Below are positions 57,707-64,000 of a DNA stretch of 64,000 nucleotides, piece after piece; the stretch's first letter is position 1, and the number at the start of each line of letters is the position of its first letter. The stretch covers positions 1 through 64,000 of the forward strand of contig NIVC01003488.1 in NCBI GenBank assembly GCA_002269645.1, given 5' to 3'. Origin of the DNA: Macrostomum lignano. Its lineage: Eukaryota. Made by a program: the position numbers and the translations under genes. Below the pieces are notes generated by a model. It saw only the letters and a list, made by a program, of their open reading frames with translations. It was not told where the DNA came from and ran no database searches.

Positions 57707-60700
57707 ATGGCCAACTCAGATTTACCAAGTTTCTACTCGGTGAGTGACTTTTTTAACACCACTAAGTCTCAGTTGTATTAATGACGCAATATTAGCCGTA
57801 ATAATATTCACAATAACAATTTTTTGCCAGCTACTGGGTGTGACGCAAGCTGCTTCCGAGGCGGAAATTCTGAGAGCTTGGCGCAAGCGAATGACGAACT
57901 ATCATCCCGACAAGGCTGGCAGCGAGGCTGAAGACATGGCCAAGCTTCTGAATCAAGCCAAATCTGTCCTGTGCGATAAAACCGAACGAATGAAGTACGA
58001 CGAACGTCGAGATGAAGCAACTGAGGATTACGAGAGTGGCGCTGATTTGCCTCGATTGCCAACTGGAAAGACACTATCGAAGGACCTCATGAGCAGAATC
58101 GCTGCTTGGAGGGAGAGTTCCGAGACGGCTCATGGAGCGCAATGCGACCCAAACGGATTCGCAAATAAGTTTTTCGAGGAAACTCGTCAAGCAGTTCTGG
58201 ATCTTCAGGAGAAGCTACGGGTTATTAAGAGGACGAGACGGTCAACTCTGCAAAGCCCGGTTTTTATTGAGAGTATCGCGTCAGGCGAGCTTTCAGAAGA
58301 ACATTTAGACGATGAAGTTCTCACCGAAGCCTGCAAATGGGCGAGAGAGACGCTAGAAAAAACGCTGAAAAGGAATACGCAGACGAAAGTTCCACCAGTT
58401 CAAGAAGGCGAACTAGTATGCTGCTATGACCTTTCCAGCTTGAAGGAAAGCGAATTGAGAAAACTCATGGTGATATTGATTCCTCCATCTGGCTCCAAGC
58501 CACTGTCAAGCGACCCCGAAAAGATGCGCCAAAGACTCAAAGATGTGTTACCCAAGTTTCGCGTCGACGTTAATAGAGAGAGAAGGGGTATAAAGAAGTT
58601 TTTCCTCGGTGCTCGTTGTGTGGTATGCAGTGCCGAGAAAGATTTATCCGAACGAAAATGCTTCCTTGTCGCAGGAGCCTGTCACGAGTTCAGACCTGTG
58701 TGTCTCACATGCTCTAAGCTTGAGTCCAAGAAGAGACTGCAGTTGTGGGAGGAGTTGGCAGCGACGCCTCAGACAGGATTTGTAGCTTCCTACGTGGCGA
58801 CAGGAATTGCAAGTATCGAAAGAATGATGCACAATCTGAAGATAAATCAGCCTAAGTCTGTGGTCGAAGCAACATTCGATCCTTCAATCGCTCTCACTAC
58901 AAAACTTTTTCTTGCTGCTTCGGCGCTGTGGCTAGCTCTACAGAAGTCTCAACGCAATGAGCATGACATTGAGTCACTGCAGAGCCGTCAAACTGAGCTC
59001 GTACTGGAAATTTCAGAAGAAAAAGATCCTGACCAAGAGCTGCGCTTGCTGTTACTCTTGGTAGAAAATGAAGAGTCTGCCTTGGAAAGTAATGAAAATT
59101 TTCGATCTTTTTTAACACAAGAAGAAGCCCGGCTAAAGCTGATAGTTGACTCGGCCGATCTGAACAACTCGATTCACATTGCGTTCTCACAGTCACCGAG
59201 AGACAGGTTGCTGCTACGCCAGGCTAGCAAGTCAGCTAAGCTGGCTGACGAAGCACTTGCTAAAGCGAAACTTGAGTCAAGAATTGTAGGTCTATTTCTG
59301 AGAGGTGCAGGGATCCTCAGCTGTTCAGGTGATGTAACAGCTCAACTCAGAGGTATGAAGGACCTCACACAAGCAGTGCTCGAAGGATACTCTGTCTTCT
59401 ACCACTCAGATTTGATATCATCTGTAATGCGTATTGTCTCTAGATTCGGAGCTCTTTGTGGGACATTTCCGGTTCATGCGCTGTTCCATTTAATCGATAA
59501 CCCATGGTCAGACTGCCAGGGAATGTTCAGTCGTCGGACTGCTTCGTCGGAAACACCAGCCAAAGCACAAGTCCCACTATTCCCAGGTATTTACGTACCG
59601 GGACACAGCGTGCAAGCGTTGAAGAAGAGCGAGATCGCTATCTCCAGAAGACTCGAAAAGGGCCAAATGACGCCACTGCAAGCGGCAATGAGCGCACTGG
59701 ACCTTGCCATGGCTTGCGAAACGCTTGCTGAGGTCCTCGCCTGTTTTCTTGAGTGTGTAGCTCTGCTTCTACGAGCTCTGGAAATAGAGGAGTCGCTCTA
59801 CCAGAGATATGCGCTCAAAGAAGCCATGTTTGAAATCGGGATCGCTTCAGTGAGCATTTGTCTCAACAACTTTTCCGATTCAGCTTTGTTAAACTATGTT
59901 TCGAGACACGCTTTTGCCTTGCTGAGAGATGCCGCTACGAAAGTTGGACGACCAGATGATGTTGAACGGCTCATTTCGATTCTAGAGATAGTAGCCTTCA
60001 CTGGTCGTTTCTCACCATTTGTGTCGCTGCCTCTGGTTCGTCCGTCTGAGTCGCTGGTATTTTCAAATGTGCTCAAAAAGTGCGCAGGTCAGCTTCTCTG
60101 TGGTTTGTCTCAGCCAGAAAATTCCTATTTTCTTGAACTACCGAAGAGTATCATAGCTTACCAGAGCTTGGAATACAGCATCAGCAGCTCTGCATTCACT
60201 GAAAGTGAGACACGCCAGCTTGAGCTCTTAACTGCACGTGAGATGCTTAGAGAGCAGAATCTGGACTTTAACAACGTAGCCGCCCTGATAAATCCATGCT
60301 ATCTTGACGTTCCAGAGGACGGTTGGCTTGTACCAAATCAGACACTTGATTTTTCAGGATGCGGAAACACGTATTTGAGCATTGACAAGGTCATTTTTAA
60401 CAAAAATACGTTTCAAATTTCTGTCGTGGGCAGCAAAGGGAATCTTGTCAGCGATTTCGATGTGCTGACTGGTCTGCTAATGGATCATCCGGGTGTGGCT
60501 TTTAGCCTTGACAAGCCCGCCAATCTTCACGAAGCTCGATTCCACCCGTTTCAAAAGTACTGGAGTAGCCAACCAGATCTGCTTAAAGGAACTCCACTCC
60601 TAGACACTCTTTTCAACACGGACTACATCATGAAGCAATTCAGTTCCGGATTAGAGATCTGCAGGAAGCCACCGTTCGATCGGAGACCATTGCTTAACGG

Positions 60701-62468
60701 TAGGGGTCTGTTCGCTGGACTGCCAGATCAGCTGCGCTGGCTGTTGAGACCTCTAAGCGAAAGAGGTGGGCAAAGATCTCGCTGCAGCAGATTCTGGATT
60801 GCAGCCACAGACATGGAGATGAAAGTGGAGGAAACACCTGACACGATTGAGTTCGTGTTTGGAAAGGTTCGCTTGGAAGTCAAAACGCACAGGATGGTAG
60901 CTTCAATGGGTGGCGAACACCAGGACGCTGAGACTGATGATGAAGATTCTCCAGAGAATCAGTTCGCAAAGGACATGACGGAGGCCCTTCCCAGCTTGGG
61001 TAGATTCTTTCCCGAGTTTGAAAGACTAAAAGAGCTAACAAAGATTCCGAAACTCTGCCTGATTATTAAGGCCATGCACCAAAGCCTCGGAGCAATGACC
61101 GTTCGCCAGGAGCAAGTAGAGCAAATTCTTGATCACGAACGAGCTGTTAGAATGGAAAAGAGTTATGAGATGGCGAAAAATGTTCTAGAGACACTGGATC
61201 GAGCTGAATCAATCCCTGGTGCAAGCCACTATGATTGTTGCAATCTGGCCACTGATCAATTGCTAAGCCAACTAAACTTAAATAAGACCGAGACTGTCCG
61301 TGCCTTGCGTAGGCGAGATGTCAGAACGCTCCAGTACCTGTTGGCTGACAGTCTGCCATCAAGCTCTGCTGCGGATGTTAGGCAACAAATTCAAGATTTG
61401 ATTGACTCGAAGAGAAGAGAATTTAGGAACTGGAACAGCAAGATACAGCATAAGTTAAATAGTAGCTTGCATCAGAGGCAACAGAAGATATCCGATTGTG
61501 ATTGGGCACCCGCAGTGCTGAGCGCTAGTTCGGACGCAACAACACGATCGACAGTATACGGCGGTGTCTTACTGAATCCCAAATCAGTGCATTCCAGTTT
61601 TCGTATGGAGTTTCCCCCGGGAAGCACCGTTCACAAGGTAGTATCATTTCTGATTCTCGGCGAACTGAATAGCAAGCAGTTCGCCTCCACGCGGACTTTT
61701 GACAGTTTAGATTTAGGGACTGTAAACGAACTTCTTGGGAATAATTTTCCCGAAATGGAGAGTTCCTCTGACTCAGAGCTGGGCGGACGTTCAGGCCGTG
61801 ACAATGAAGGCGCTACCAGCTCTGCTGACAACCAACCCAGAACATCTAAAAACGACCAGTTTTTGAATGATGAAGGAAACTGGTCTCACATCTTTTCTGA
61901 CAAGCCCGGCCATGTGGTTCCACGAAACGCAAAAGAAGAATGGGAGCTGCGAAAAAAACTTGTCAGTATTCGAGATCTGGCTCTCAAAAAAGATCCGAGG
62001 TGCATTGACGCTTCTCAGCAATTTGTGCACGTCGAGGGACGAAAAAATAATTGTCGATTTATCTTCTACAAGGTAAGAAAAGATGCCATTTAAGTTTTAA
62101 AAATGATTGACTTTAAAGATTATGAAAAAGAAAATTTTAATGCATCTATATTTTTTAACAATGGTAATTTCAAGGACGAGAGGGAGACAAGTAGCGACGT
62201 ACTGCACCTAGCCTGGTGGATAAGAATCGATGGAAACGGGCGCATCGTCGGAGCAGGCTGCAACACGGTCCTAGCCAAGGAGCGAATTCCACAGTTGTTT
62301 CTGTTCTTGCGACCCATACCAACTGGCGAAGCTTTGATGGCATTTTTTCTGAGGGAGAAGCATAAGCTTCATGGCAAGAAAACAGACGTGGAGTTTCATG
62401 ATCACCTAAGCACCATTCGGAAAGGTCTGATTAATCAAATTAATTTAGTTAATCAGATCAAACCATAA
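57707..62468 (+). CDS. Large J-domain protein (~1522 aa): DnaJ domain, Cys-rich finger, helical region, conserved unknown domain, toxin-like C-terminal domain
   Basis: Exons 57707-57739 (MANSDLPSFYS|GTGAGT), 57831-62072 (AAG|GTAAGA), 62175-62468; both introns phase 0 (91 and 102 nt). J-domain YSLLGV...YHPDK...LNQAKSVL...RMKYD; CVVC...CHEFRPVCLTC; 4.2-kb uninterrupted frame. Confidence 0.85.
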
Positions 62469-62665
62469 AGATACTAGAAACCGTAGATGGGCGTCTCGCC
62501 TATTTCGGGATTAAACTACTTTCAAATAGGCATCTGTTTGGAGTTTTTTGGATATATTTGTGAACCAAATTAAATTAATTTTTTTGCTGATTGTTATTTA
62601 ATATTAGGATTCAACACTTGGTTTTGAGTGCTTAAATGTCTATGGCACTCGTGACCAAATATCAT

Positions 62666-63915
62666 CGCTTTTGACGATCGGAATGGGAATTTGGGCAGTC
62701 GGAACGGGACGCCATAGACATTCAAGCCAGGCCACAGATCTCACCCTAGTCATGGACTTAAGCAGTTTAGCAAAGTCTACTGAGGGAGGCTAGGCCATAG
62801 GCTATAAATTTGAACATTCAGTGTGGGAAAAAGCCATTCAAATTAAACGGGAATCGGACTGAGATTTTACAGCTCTCTGTCCCTCTCTCCCCTGTTTGTT
62901 CGTCTTTGGCCTGAAAGCGACCCCATTGAATGGCGCCACCAATTCCTGTAGCAGATCGCCAGCGGCTGATTGATGCGATTGAACAAGGGTCATCCATCGC
63001 AGGAAGCTGCAAGAATCTTGTAAATCAAGAAAAAAACGGCATTCCGAATCGCTGCCAACTTTTGACTTGATGGCAAAGTGGAATCCCTTCCTCGCGGTGG
63101 TCGTAAATAAGGATTGTGCAAGGCCGATCAGGAAATGAGAGAATTCTTGGTTGAGAAACTCGATGAAAATCCTTTCCTGACGCTCAAGGAAATGTCTGAA
63201 CTGCTGACTGAGCGCTTTCCCAAGAAGCCGCATGTTCACCTTGTTCTTCACTTTTAAATATTCCAGTGGCCCTGAGATATAAAAATACATTAAATTAGGC
63301 GAATTCCCGTTTTCAATGGCTTTTTTCCCATTTTGATTGTCAATTCCACATGCTATGGTTGTGTATTCCCAAGCAGCCCGAGCCTGTGGCCTGGCTTGAA
63401 TTGAATGTCTATGACGTCCCGTTTTGATTGTCAATTCCACATGCTATGGTTGTGTATTCCCAAGCAGCCCGAGCCTGTGGCCTGGCTTGAATTGAATGTC
63501 TATGGCGTCCCGTTTTGATTGTCAATTCCACATGCTATGGTTGTGTATTCCCAAGCAGCCCGAGCCTGTGGCCTGGCTTGAATTGAATGTCTATGGCGTC
63601 CCGTTTTGATTGTCAATTCCACATGCTATGGTTGTGTATTCCCAAGCAGCCCGAGCCTGTGGCCTGGCTTGAATTGAATGTCTATGGCGTCCCGTTTTGA
63701 TTGTCAATTCCACATGCTATGGTTGTGTATTCCCAAGCAGCCCGAGCCTGTGGCCTGGCTTGAATTGAATGTCTATGGCGTCCCGTTTTGATTGTCAATT
63801 CCACATGCTATGGTTGTGTATTCCCAAGCAGCCCGAGCCTGTGGCCTGGCTTGAATTGAATGTCTATGGCGTCCCGTTTTGATTGTCCAAATTCCCATTT
63901 AGATTGTCAAAAGCG
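62666..63915 (+). mobile_element. Degenerate Tc1/IS630-like DNA transposon relic with inverted ends
   Basis: 62666-62737 is an imperfect inverted repeat of 63839-63915; 62930-63240 decodes, across a frameshift and stops, to MAPPIPVADRQRLIDAIEQG...SLPRGGRK...ENPFLTLKEMSELL, like a transposase N-terminal HTH; no DDE domain present. Confidence 0.6.
63330..63890. repeat. 91-bp tandem repeat, 6 full copies, inside the Tc1-like relic
   Basis: Unit starts at 63330, 63421, 63512, 63603, 63694, 63785, 63876. Confidence 0.97.
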
Positions 63916-64000
63916 GTATTGCAATCAGGATATATATTTCTATTGCATTAAGTAAATAATAAACGTCGTTTAATTCACATTCCGAAGGACATTCTAACCA

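Noticed and set aside
62103-62468. Separate small 'immunity' gene behind the large ORF, as in bacterial toxin-immunity pairs
   Set aside because: Better explained as the last exon: strong GTAAGA donor, in-phase acceptor, and the motif continues across the junction; its first 24 codons are AT-rich intron
62838-63440. 200-aa minus-strand ORF
   Set aside because: Antisense to the decayed transposase fragment and partly repeat-derived

Overview
Repeat-rich eukaryotic (metazoan) genomic DNA, not prokaryotic. GC-rich exons with Ala/Gln runs, short AT-rich introns alongside minisatellite-filled introns, and a splice acceptor just upstream of most ATGs resemble a free-living flatworm such as Macrostomum (inference only). 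I reconstructed seven spliced genes by hand from GT-AG sites and reading-frame phase. On the + strand: eyes absent (EYA), FANK1, maelstrom, a Rac/RhoG-like GTPase, and a ~1520-aa J-domain protein whose C-terminus resembles a bacterial polymorphic-toxin domain. On the - strand: VTI1 and an unnamed ~680-aa protein fusing a GCN5-like GNAT domain, a coiled coil and a PARP-like ADP-ribosyltransferase fold. Nearly every large intron carries its own micro- or minisatellite; one of these tandemly copies the EYA splice donor. Mobile DNA comprises two inverted tRNA/CORE-SINE copies, a foldback element with a 9-bp target-site duplication, a Tc1/IS630-like relic and a two-copy dispersed repeat. Most long ORFs in the supplied track are translations of simple repeats. 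Domain calls rest on motifs recalled from known families; no database search was run.
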